Positions 14,613 to 26,644 of a stretch of DNA of 64,000 bases are shown in pieces. Positions within the stretch are counted from its first letter, which is position 1. Each line of letters starts with the position of its first letter. This DNA comes from Phoronis australis (lineage: Eukaryota > Animalia > Phoronida): assembly GCA_002633005.1 (NCBI GenBank), contig NMRA01000041.1, positions 1,183,294 through 1,247,293 of the forward strand, in the 5' to 3' direction. The translations under genes were made by a program, and so were the position numbers. Under the pieces are notes generated by a model. It ran no database searches and was not told the DNA's origin. It saw only the letters and a program-made list of their open reading frames with translations.

Positions 14613-15013
14613 GGCCCGGTCTCTAATCTTTGTACTCGAAACAAACTCGAAAATATTTTTGGCAATTTCTCTGCTCCTTTTGTGCGAACTTAAGATAATT
14701 GGTTATCAGACTGTGCTCGAATACATTATACTTTATGCATAGGAGTTTCTAGTTCAAGTTTGCCCTTGAAGATCCTTATATTCGTGCTACAAACTCGACT
14801 AAAAACTCGAAATTTCGAGTTCAAACTCGAACTTATTGCTTTAATATTGGGTTTACAAACTGTGGACTAAGGGCAATAAATTATCTACGTAAGTTATTGT
14901 GTACTCGAGCATAGAATAATAGACACTTATCTTGAGCTCGCCCAAAAGTAGAGTAGAAAATGCCAAACCTAATTTCGAGTTCCATTTCGAGTAAAAAGAT
15001 TGGAGACCGGGCC
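14613..15013. mobile_element. PIF/Harbinger-type MITE (401 bp), long TIRs, CTG target-site duplication
   Basis: CTG|GGCCCGGTCTCTAATCTTTGTACTCGAAA ... TTTCGAGTAAAAAGATTGGAGACCGGGCC|CTG. Inverted homology continues ~90 bp inward; many internal ACTCGA/TCGAGT motifs. Confidence 0.9.
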
Positions 15014-15961
15014 CTGGATCGAAAAAATGAAGTGCTTCGTTTGTAATGTACAGATGGCTACATCTCGCGACTATTTGTGAGATCCAGTCACGCACACCGC
15101 CTAGGAACCCTCTTTACCGGCCAAACAAGAGTCATGACCGGAAATATCTGGTCACAAATGTCTCGCGAGTGTCTCACGTTTTCCGAAACGCGCCGCAGTA
15201 ACCTTAGAGAGTTTGTATGTTTTCACAGACATGATCTCGGCTCCAGCTCGGCACAAATACACAACACCGAACAGGAGACTGTTTGCAGACAAGAAGACCA
15301 AGATGGCAGCGATCAGGTTAGGACAACTTCATTGAATAGCTGTTTCAAACAGCCGTAAACCATTTTCTTGGGTCAGAACCAAATTGCACCCGCGCCTTTA
15401 CGCGAAAATTACTTTGCGTAAAATTACTCGAAGCGTACCGTGGAGTAGTCTCGAGTAAAGACTGGGGCAGCATAAAATCTACGTTCCGAGTATGAATTCA
15501 AAATTCTGAATTTTTACTCGAAATCTCCAGATTGTCCTCAAGTTTGAGCGTCGTGTATACGGATTCTCAAGTGCAAACTCAGACTAGACGCGCATCTGGA
15601 TCAACTACAATAAATCGAGTATTCGACTTCGCCTAGGAAGTGTACTAAACACGCCAATAAAAAATAATGCGCTCGATTTCAAATTCGGAGATGAGACACT
15701 GGGTCCTGGTGTCGAAAAAGACTTTTGTCACGCGCGTACTTACTCTTCTATGGCAACGTCATCGCGCGTGTATAAAATTGTTGCTGGGGATCATGATGAT
15801 TTGGCGTGCACGCGTAAACGAAGATTGCTTTACGCCACCTATTGTGAATTGATGTTTGCGCGTGAACGTATACGCTATGTGACGTTTTTTTTTATGCGAC
15901 TTTTCTGTTTCTGCACAGGCATCATTTACTTTTCACATTTTTGATTTCGGACCAATGGTCG

Positions 15962-16022
15962 TGATGACGACGGTGATGATGATGATGATGGTGATGACGA
16001 TGATGATGATGATGATAATGGT
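15962..16022. repeat. (GAT)n trinucleotide microsatellite
   Basis: tgatgacgacggtgatgatgatgatgatg...; generates the poly-His and poly-Ile ORFs. Confidence 0.9.
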
Positions 16023-16091
16023 GTTCAAGAATGAAGATGGTGCTGAAGATGGCCACACTGACAACGGCAGTGAGGAAGCTGGTGGCATTTT

Positions 16092-16238
16092 CATGGGCTG
16101 CGCACCATAGGGTGCTGGGGGAGGGCCCATCGCACCCCACTTTTTTCAGTGCTGCGCCGCCCATGGTCCATAGGCGGTGCACAACAAGGGGCTGGGTGAC
16201 TTTAGTCCCCCACCTTTTTCAGTGCTGCGCCGCCCATA
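16092..16238. mobile_element. Tandem dimer of a ~72-bp mini-MITE with CAT(G/A)GGCG-type TIRs (hAT-like)
   Basis: Unit 1 16092-16165 is CATGGGCTGCGCA...TGCGCCGCCCATG; unit 2 16169-16238 is CATAGGCGGTGCA...TGCGCCGCCCATA. Both end TTTTTCAGTGCTGCGCCGCCCAT. Confidence 0.75.
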
Positions 16239-19200
16239 TTTTTAGGTGGTTACGGCAAGATTATGTTACCATAGAGTACACGCATCAGCAGTGGAACAAC
16301 TTTTTAGGAAGGTTGTTAAATTAAAATCATTATTGAAAATACTTGTCAAAGTTTTGTTTCAGTTTATTGAGTCTTAGTTACAAAACCGGAGTCTCGGTAG
16401 CAATAGAACTGCGGTCCTCCAGTCTCATAGCGTGAGTTACCTGACAGAGTTTAAATATTTATATTTAAATATTTATATGTGGCGCGTGATTACGCGGCAT
16501 TCCAATCCCTGAGTTACCTAATCCAGACTCCCTATCCCACTGCTGTGGTGGCTCTCTTGGATCATTTGGTGGATTTTTTGTTCATAAAAACTATGAGTTC
16601 ATTCACATACTGCCAGAAGGTATCTGCACGGGCCACTTTGACATTTACATGTACGTTCTGTTTGTGACGAGGCAAACTACTGCGTGTACATGTACACGCA
16701 CACATGCATTTATAGAAGTTTTGTTATTTGATAAGGCATTGGCGTACATTGGCAAGCATGCGCCGATCCGTGTATATAAATAAACAAATTGCCATACATG
16801 TATCTCATTGTGTGACAAATGGGTCAGTTTCGACCAAAAAGCTGGCATGCCCGATTGCCAACACAACTGATAAATGCTTCGAACTATATCTAACGCCTGG
16901 TATTGGTCAGCTGAATGGAAACCCCACGGTCTCGCACAGCTCGCAGATGAAAGAAGGGGGTAAGATCGAGGAGGGGGGAGGGGTGACACCGGTCGTCATC
17001 TAACAGGTTTGCCCCCATCCCCAATCGTCAGTTCAAACCTTCACTTTCGATTCTACTAAATGCCGATTCCAACACGAATCATTTTTGAAAAACGTGAGTA
17101 TGGGTGAATTGACTCACACGGCCTCACGATGGACCAATTAGGAGCACCAATGTGCCATGTTAGTTTTGTGTCGTTTTTAGCTTCGAATTTTAATAGGTCC
17201 CTTGGCCCGAGTGAAATCAACCACAATGCGTCAATGAAATCCCCCATTTTCGACAATTACGCGGGGCGCGCTCCTAAAATTATCCGTGGTTCTGCATAAT
17301 ATAAAAGGTTTCAGACCCTTTCGCAAGCGTTCAGCAAGAGGAACGGTGAAGCACTTTGCTTCAGAAGGGGTCACACCTGATCTTGTCTTTCATTATATTT
17401 ACAGGAAGTGACGCAAATTGTACGAATTATGGTCATGTGCCACCGCTAAGACTGACAAAAATGATACCCAAGAGCGCAGTCTAGGGCAGTATAGCAGAAG
17501 AATTGCGTTTGGGTGAGCACCTTGTTGAAACATGCCAGACGTCTATTGTGTGATTGAAAGATACACGTACAGGGTGAAAACACGAAATTAAACATGAAAA
17601 AGCTCTGTGTCATCAATCCTTCGCACAATATTCCTAGCTGTACATCACAACGCAACGCTTTGGAGTAACCGTGTTCAGCTAAATCCACTATTGGAGCATG
17701 TCTCAAAATAGAATTCGCTGAACCACATTTTGCACGATTCGCAGGTAATTGTACGTAACTGTTTTGTGGTTGTATTGATGCAGCAAACATCTGACACGAC
17801 TAAATACATTACGGCTTGCTTGAAATGCCCACAGGATCAAAACTCTTCAGAAACAGTGGTGATCCCAGGCGGTCCTGATTTAATTGTCGATACCAAATTA
17901 ACTCAATAGACAGTTGGCAGCGAATGGAATAGTTAACGTTATGTACCTCCGGGAAAATACGTGGATTAAAAACACGAGAGCAAGGGAATGAAAAAAACGA
18001 AATCGAAATCATGAGCGTTTTCAATAATTCCAATACATGTGCATGTAAGTGTGGGCCTACATCACGATTGCCTTTGTAACCGGAAGCAGTAATGGGCGAT
18101 ATTATTCAGTACATTCTTTAAACATTATAAAACAACGGCAATCTGGACGTAAAACAAGAACCGCGGCTGTTTTTCAATGCATGTGATTAACATTTACCTA
18201 ACTACTTACGTTCTCATCTGCCACTTTTGTTTGTGCCTCTGCCTATTTCTAAGACATAACAAACACGAGCTTGAAGACTCTGCTTGTCCTCACACGAACC
18301 TGATTCTGGTATCGCAAGTTCCGTTTTCTACTTTCAATTTTAGAAATTAGTCCCAACAGCGAGAGCATCTGCCAATACAACTTCCACGCCCGGGTAGCTC
18401 TCCAATGAACAAACTTTGCAAGTCTCGACCACAAAGCGATGCAACGTCAAAGATTCAATCCCAAGGCATTTGATATTTTATTTTTCAATTATCTGACGCA
18501 GTCAGAGGTGCGATAACAACGGTGACTGAACGGCCAAAGCTGCAGACAAGATGCAGGCAAGAACTGTTGTGAGCCTGGCTCTTAGCTAATTATATTTTAT
18601 AAATTGCGATCGACCCTGAACACCGACCTGTGAATTACAAGCCACTGTGCTGAGAAGAACCCGAAAGACGAATGTTCTTAGAACTACATTTGAAAATATC
18701 GTTCGTTTTCACTGCCCGGAATGTCAAAAAACATTGCTAAAACTTTAAAGTCGAACAAAAGCACTTCGTATTGTAGCGACTGCGCCACCTACGGTTGCGA
18801 CGTCACATGATCTACAGACATTAAATCAACGTCAATTAAATGTTAGGAAAATATCCGAGGGACCTTACATTTTCCACTGAGATTTCCACGGCATCAAATT
18901 CATCACAGGAATAATGAATCAATGAACGATGCGTTTAAAGGTCTCAATGGAATAGCGATGGCTTAAGCCCAACTTGCAACTATCATGCCGTAAAGAGACC
19001 CGTCGGGTGTTTATCCCCAGTCATGCGATAGAAGCCGACGTGAGACAAAACAATTAAGAGGAAGGCAGACTCTTCAGTGTCATTTCTGGTTACAGTACGG
19101 ATTTTCTGGTTTTTCCTTCGTATTTTTTGTAGATAATTAAATTTCCCTGGGCTTTAATTAAATCTGAATGCGTCACTCCGGAAGTGATGTTCGCGGCGCG

Positions 19201-19582
19201 AATCGTCCACCGACAGCTTTGTTTACGTGCACTTCGGGCAGATACATCCTTCGCCAAATTGGTGAACGGTACGCACGTAAATTACGTGCGTAAATTAATT
19301 GTTGTTATAGTGACGTAAATTAATAATTAACGTCGTATATTAAATAATTGCGGCGTCAGGTAAATTGACTTTTAACGAGACACCAATGCACGTGGTGGTA
19401 TACCACATGTGCTTCTGCATCTCTGTTTGTTTGACGTAGCATTGATGGAACTATTTGAGGTTCTCCATAGCTCCATAGTGCAACAAGTCACAAACGAAGT
19501 TAATGCGATCACGTGCAGTCGCTTCCAGTTACAGCCCCTCTTCTACTAAGGCTCACTGTTCCCATAAAAAAATAACCTGTAT

Positions 19583-20275
19583 GCCCACTATTCCGAAAAA
19601 GCTACTCCGAAGGCCAACCACTACGAAAGAACCCCACTAATTTGAAATCCCCACTATCATACGCAGGAGCATCGCATCTTACTCACGGACCCCTGCTATC
19701 CCATGAATCATGCATAAGAACCCAAAGATCACGCATGCGAACAAAAATCATGCGCGCGAACTACAAAAATCATACATACGAACACGAAATTGTACACACG
19801 AGCATCGAATTACACGCAAAAACATTTTATCGTTTGATGGTTCGTGCGTTTGATTCGGATGTTCTTGCGTGTTATTTGTGTTCCTGTGTGTGATTTTTGT
19901 TGTTCGCCGGGCGCCTGATTTTTGTTCGTATGCGTGAGTTTTAGGTTCGTTTGCATGATTCAAGTCTTCGTATGCATGATTCATGTCTTCGTATGCATGA
20001 TTCATAAGCTCGTAGGTGGTTCGTGCGTAAGATGCTATGCTCGGGCGTATGATTCTATGGTACGTCTGACTACTCCGAAAACAGTCCACTACTCCGACTA
20101 AAATCCCACCACCTCCAAATATGAACGTATTTGTTTCAGTTTATAACACCATTACGATGCATTTTCTTTTGGTCAAGCGAACTTCAAAGACGATACGCCA
20201 GAAGAGTCCTTAACTACGACGACAGTAGAACCGATAGAAACAAGTTACTGGACTTCATTGTCCAAATTTTAGTTG
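19583..20275 (-). mobile_element. Second copy of the 16-bp-array element (cf. 1960-2257), interrupted by a foldback insertion
   Basis: CCACTA(T/C)TCCGAA units on both sides of 19657-20052; the body matches the reverse complement of ~2000-2150. Confidence 0.65.
19657..20052. mobile_element. Foldback/MITE (~396 bp), almost entirely palindromic, built from 21-bp subunits
   Basis: TCATACGCAGGAGCATCGCATCTTAC ... GTAAGATGCTATGCTCGGGCGTATGA, with internal 21-bp repeats (TCTTCGTATGCATGATTCATG) mirrored by ATGAATCATGCATAAGAA. Confidence 0.85.
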
Positions 20276-23200
20276 TTTTTTTCGTGGGCACGATTTCGAT
20301 ACTAAATAACAAATGTATACCACATTCGTAAAGTTGGTCTACATATTATAACACTTGCTTAAGAATAGTATCTTAACCCTTATTCACAAAATTGGCCGTT
20401 TCAATTGATTTACAATAGTTAACAGATGTCTAGCAAAATACCTCATCTTCATTCTCGGGGAACTTCAAGTACGAAATATATACCGTGTAGCGAGAAAAAA
20501 GGTTTAGCAGAACCACCTTGGAATCGCACAACCGCGTGGAAATTTTACTACTTATCCGAGGACAAATGTTACAGAGCTGTCACTCAAATCGATTCTCCCG
20601 CCAGGCATGGACCAGTTCCGTATGTACCCTCAATCCTTTCATTCACCGAGTCTCCATAATATTGAGTCAACTAGGTGTACATAGCATAGAAAGATGCCGG
20701 GGAAATCGAAAATAAAACGTAGTTTTTACCCTGAGAGACTTGTGGGTCTGTTGAGAACGAATGCACCGAGCACACCGAGACGCGGCACCAGCCTTCGCGA
20801 CTTTGTGTTCACGAACACAGCACTTTGTGAAAGGGATAAATCCTCACCCACGTTATTAAATTTATCCGTAATGGCCCCGAGACTAGTCGCAAGAGAGTTT
20901 GATCTGTAAATTTCCGGCAGACTGCACGACTGAGTTTTGATCGAGTGTTGTAGTCAAATCAAGCCTAATTCCATTGCTTCGTTTTCATTTTAACATTTTT
21001 GTTCAGTAAACGAGACTCTTGATCTACGTTTGTATACAACCAGCGATTTACTGGCAAAAATAATATACAAACCAGACAATTATGATTGGTCATTCTTTAT
21101 ACGCACCGAAGACCCGTGGCACTTAGGGATACCGGGGATAGTCTGGACTCCGATATCTTCTCGTCTCCAGTCTTAGAACAGTTTTCGACAACATACCAAA
21201 CTACATGCTAGGAGTTTTTCAACAAGACATTTCTGGGTGTTAAAATCATGTTACGTTATTTTACGGAACGAAGTGACTTGTTTTCTGAGTGTTTGTTCTG
21301 CAAATGAAAAGTTTAGGCCCTACTACCAGGTGTGTTAACGAAACTTTCGAAAAACTACATTACTCTTGCGTAGCTAAGTGCGTGTGTTTGCATTAATTAT
21401 TACCGTTTAACTTGCTTCTTTAATATTCCATTTGTGCAATGTTTATCTGTTGCCCAAATACCTAGTTAATTCGATTTCTGAGCAATGAATGTTATCTGCT
21501 GCATTTACCAAAAATAAAATTAAAGTAAAATTTAAAACAATAAAGAGTTTATTTTATAAAAAATCCAATCCAATACTTTGTTATACTGACAGCGCACATT
21601 GTACATTGTACTTGCTAAATGCCCCAGCCCCGCTCTTGGCGGACTACCCCACTTTTTGAATTTTCCCACCATCCTTTCACACCAACCAAATGTCCCGCTT
21701 TCTGACACAAGGCGACACTGTGACATATCATATACTAATGGTAATTTTCCACGCGACATAGCATTAAAGTCTCGTTTGAATAAAGATAAAAAACGGGTCA
21801 TTTCATGGGTTTTTAACACACTCGCAATTGCCTTTTAAACGCCGTCGGGTGCTTTTAGATGAACCATTTCCCGTTTAACAAAAAAATCGCTTTCGGGACG
21901 TTTTTGTGTGGTGCTGCGATCACTTCACACTTGCGTATTGGCATAGACCCAGATGCCCCGCTTCGCATCCGGAGGTGCCGCGTTTCATTCCACCCAACTC
22001 GTTTTTTATTCTCGAATGTTGACAGCTACGGAACAGGACCCAGTTGCATAAAAGTTATACGCCGTATAGCAACAATGACGTCGCATTATCACGCGTCACG
22101 ATGTTATTGTTGAACAATGCACTTGACGTCATGCAACAATCAAACTTATCCAGCGGATATCTTTTGAAGCTTTATGCAACACAGCCCAGGTGTTCATTTG
22201 TCTCTGTCATTTTCCACAGAGTCAACTTTTTTTAGTAACATAAAAATCGTGTGTTCCAATGTCTCGTGTTTATGGTATCACACACTTCATGAATCAGGAT
22301 CATTATTTTTTTCATTTTGAAGAAATGAGTTTAATTTTGCAAACTAAAAGGAAAGTCCTACACTGCAGTCTATGTGATGGTCTATCCACAGTACATTTCA
22401 AATCTCCAGAATGGATGTTTGCTCAATGTTTATCGATTTGAAAGCCTTTAACTGCAAATTTCAGATAGATGGTGGGAGCAATTAGTTTATCACATTTTGT
22501 AAACGCCACTGCATCCTGGATTTTTACTGAAGAACTGTACCAAACGGCACCAAAGGTCCAATTAATATATAAAGATGTATGAGTTTTGATGAATGCCTGA
22601 CAGAATTCTTCACAGCAAATTTAAGGGATTCATGTTTCTAAAACCTTTGTCATTCATTAACCTCTCTGGTTCCTTTCGATTTTATCTAACTATTACACCG
22701 GTATTTTTTCACATTTTGGTAACAAAAAAATATTTTTTAATTCTGCCAGGTATGCGAAATGATGGTTATGATAATTTAGGAATTAAGTTATGTATCGTTT
22801 TCTTCTGCTATAATCATACGCCATCAAGAACTGACGAAGAGATTTCTAATGACATGCCTCTTATGCAATTCGGTTGAAGAACGGCGGAGTTGCGAAAAGT
22901 TTTAGTAGAGTGAATTCCATAAGAATAATCAACGCACGAGCAAACGAATGCAAACAACTTCCACGCATACGCGGCGTGATCCTCAGCAGCGCCAGATCGA
23001 AGTTGGCATTTCAGGGCTAATCTCAAATCTAGTTAAAAAACTTAAAATTTACCAAATTAGGTAATATGTAACATGACATAATGTTCACCTTCTTTCTGTT
23101 AAGATTAGACTTTCGATCTAAATTATCAAAATGTAGGATGAGGAACAAATTTGTTGATATTTTTTCTCAATCTAAAATCCCCAAACAATGTCAAATTGAC

Positions 23201-23290
23201 ACTCGTCTGCTTTCGATGCGAAGAGAGGCTAAGGCAATAGAGATAACGCAGTGCGACTTGCACATGTGAAATGATATTGTCCAACCATAC

Positions 23291-23628
23291 CAGGGTCTTC
23301 TCAAACAAACGAGATCTCAATTGTACCAAAACTTAAAGAGTTTCAAAACCAAGGTAATTCTTAAAACTCTATTTCACACACCGTCTGGCGTAGTTTTGTG
23401 AATTCGCAACAGGTGGCGAAAGAGTAGTTTGCATGTTCACCTATGTCAAAAACAGTTATGAAATATTGGGACCAAACACCAAAATCGGAAAATGTGTTCA
23501 TCAAACGGTTTTTTTTCTGAATTTCCGTCTTCGATCTTAACGAAGTCCGAATTTTGGTGTTAAACTAGAAAAACTTTCGTTCTTAACACAAAGTCATACC
23601 AAGTGATTCTTCATGAAACAGATCTCTG
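23291..23628 (+). mobile_element. Dispersed repeat (family C), Harbinger-like MITE, copy 1
   Basis: Shares CTCTATTTCACACA, TGAATTCGCAACAGGTGGCGAAA, GTGTTCAT.AAACG.T.TTTTCTGAATTT.CGTCTTC and TTCATGAAAC with 34635-34892. Confidence 0.7.
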
Positions 23629-23877
23629 ATTCAACGCACCAGCGACTGAGAGTACCGTGCGATACCTGTTGGGCGCTATGTAGTCTTTTGTCTATGAAGT
23701 AATTTCCTATTACAGTTTGCTATGCTATACAGTGTCTTACATGTAATTATGATTTCGAGTAACAAAGGACTACTCTGAAGCTAGTAATACCTGTACCTCT
23801 GCAATTTCACCGAGGCATCCTGAAGCTGTAAAACTAGGCTAAATTATACAGTATCAAGTGCTAATTGACATTGGTAG

Positions 23878-24025
23878 ACGCGTGTACAGTGAAAACAAAC
23901 TTTTAAAAAAACGTAGAACACACAGCATAACATTACAGAGGCGCTAATGGGCACCCGTGGGCTTACGCGTGCGCAGTGAAAACAAGACATAAAAAACGTA
24001 GAGCACACAGCATAACATTACAGAA
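23878..24025. repeat. Local direct duplication of ~62 bp (offset ~87 bp)
   Basis: ACGCGTG..CAGTGAAAACAA...AAAAAACGTAGA.CACACAGCATAACATTACAGA occurs twice. Confidence 0.85.
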
Positions 24026-25298
24026 GACTGTTTTCATTTAACGTAAGAATGCACACCTCAAAAGAAATCGAACTTGAGCCAAGTTATTTGATACAGTTCG
24101 TCAATGTCCATGTAATGTCATCTCGAAAATGCACATACTACATGGATTTGGAGCACGAACCGTATTTTGGAATGTATTGAACCGTTTAGGCAATCCCGAC
24201 AATCTGGAAGGCAACACGCGTACTTACCGACGTATTGAGAACAGTCAACATCATATTTCCGGCTCAAGGCCGTTTAAAAGATGCTTTAAATCTACTTTAC
24301 GCACTTCAATATAGTTTGAATCCGACAACTCACGCTCTAGTTGGCTAAACGTTATAACAAGAATAGTTTCACCAAACACCCTTACTTTTCCGCTGACCAA
24401 GTCTGATTGGGGTTTACCACATCGTTGCAAATTGCATGCAATGTATTTGTTTAGATTCTCACCTGAGACAACTATCTAAGTCACGGAACTCGCGGCTTAC
24501 GGTTTCGATGGTGGGTCATGGTTATAATTTACGATTAGACATGCATGCACAGCAGCGCCACCTACCAATTTGCGATTATTATCATAGTTATAAGACTTTA
24601 ATTGCAGTAATTTAAAAATTACGCCATAACCGAGAAAGACCGATCTAACATAGGTGCACCCTTGGTGGGGGCTACAATTAGTGATGGAAATCATGCAGCG
24701 ATAAATGTGCTGCTTCAAAGCTATTAAGTAATTGATTTACTTTGATGACAGAAAGTGATGAGCTCTCAGTGTTGTATGCCTCAGAAAGTGTGAGACGTAC
24801 CTTTCTTACCAAAACCTAAATGACTATTCAATGTTAACAATGTTAAACCATGAAAAATTATATTTTAATCGTCAAAATAGACCCCCGTTCGCAAACATTA
24901 TGGCCGTAATACTTTTTTTGAGAGCAATAAATCTAGTTGAGACATCCTGAGGTGACTTGCATACTAGGTGATGTAGTTAAGCAAACAGATGTGCATTGCT
25001 ATCTTTAAAACTAAGTACCCGGATGAGATGGGATCAGAAATGGACTACTTTTTCTTTGCTGCATGTTTGATTAATTAAATGTATGGACACTGGATCGAGT
25101 TCAATAACGCCAGTTCCTCGCTACAAAAGCAAGATCTCGCGAGATTCCACAAGATGTCACGTGATTTTGGCCAGGTATTTCTTGTCGCGATTCAGCTATT
25201 TAACTCTGCCCTGTTATTGGGGAGGAATTTGTGACAGTCAGGGCGATATTCAAATCATCGGATTGCAACAATGACTGTCATTCAAAACTGAGGATTTA

Positions 25299-26644
25299 CA
25301 CGGGTGAGAAAAAACAAGACCGACGGACCTAAAACATGACCGCCGGTCCTCCAAATCGGACCAACTGACCACAAAACAGGATCTACGGAGATCAAATAGA
25401 ACTGCAGGACCCGATAATGGGACCGACACACCTAAAAATAAAACCACACCACCACAAAACAGGATTGCCGGGGATTGAAAGTTGACAGCCCACCACTCAA
25501 CTGTGATAACATATAAACAATTGAAAGGTCAATATTTAAAATTAATAAATGTAACCAAAACCCAATCACGTTGCACGTTTTTAAGCTAAACAATTATAAT
25601 TTTATCCACTACATTAGTTTTTGAACAAAATAAAACTCTTTTTTTTTCTACTTTGACCTCTTAGTCAAGGGCAAAAAAAATTCGTTCGAGGATAACTGAT
25701 TCTCGGGTAAAGTATAGTCATAACTATAGCTAGGTGCAAAGCGGCTAAATATACAACTTTGTGACGATGTGGGTAAAAAACTGACCAAATAAAAACTGAC
25801 ACAAAATTAGAGTCATTAAAAACGACACTCTTCCTTGTGTAAAACTACGGGTGTTGGCATTCTCCCGTTGTGGTGCGTTCTTTTGCGTCGGCTTTCTGTG
25901 CCATGAAAGATTGCGTCACCTATTGGCCAGTTTCGCCCAATTCTTCAGTCAACACTTATTCTCTTCCACGAGGTTGCGTACATGTCACAACAAGTTATCG
26001 GAACTGGTTTCACTTCGTTGCACGTTTTTAGTATTTTAATACCAGCAAACCGACTCTGAGGACAAATTTTGCTGTAATCATCTTCCGAGAGATTTTGCTA
26101 AATTTTAGAAAATAGAGCATGCGCGTGTCAGGATCGCGATAGGCGTTTCTTTGTCACAAATGGCAGAGAATTATGCACGTTGATTAGATAGTTTTTTTCA
26201 TTTTAACGGTCGCAAAGGGTTAGGTGAGTGTCGATTGTCTCCCAAATTTTGCATGCAACCCTGCTGGTCGTTAGCTCTAGATGTTGATATTAGTTTCATG
26301 ACGGCGTGGCGAGTAGAACTACCCGGGCTGTGGGAAATTTTGACGTCTAACAGAGTTCAACACACAGTAGTACCTAGCTCTATTGTGACGATAGTCTTCA
26401 TACAGCCTAGCTGGCTGGCTACGTCATAACCAGTATCACACACAGGCATAACATTTTGTCCAACGGTCATGTTCAGTCTCCAGCGGCCCTGTTTTGTGGT
26501 GGGACAGTCATGTTTTTAGGTGCATCGTGCCCATTTTCTGATCCGGCTATCCCATTTGATCCCCCTGTTTTGTTGTGACTCGGTCCGATTTGGAGGACCG
26601 GCGTTCATGTTTTGGGTCTGGGGTCATGTTGGTTTTCACCCGTG
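25299..26644. mobile_element. Non-autonomous DNA transposon (~1.35 kb), CACGGGTGA termini and ~180-200-bp TIRs (CMC: Chapaev/CACTA-like)
   Basis: CACGGGTGAGAA...CGCCGGTCCTCCAAATCGGACC..CACAAAACAGG is mirrored by CCTGTTTTGT..GGTCCGATTTGGAGGACCGGCG...TTTTCACCCGTG. No clean TSD and no internal transposase ORF. Confidence 0.8.

Noticed and set aside
15922-16324. His-rich and Ile-rich ORFs
   Set aside because: Translations of the (GAT)n microsatellite and the adjacent mini-MITEs.
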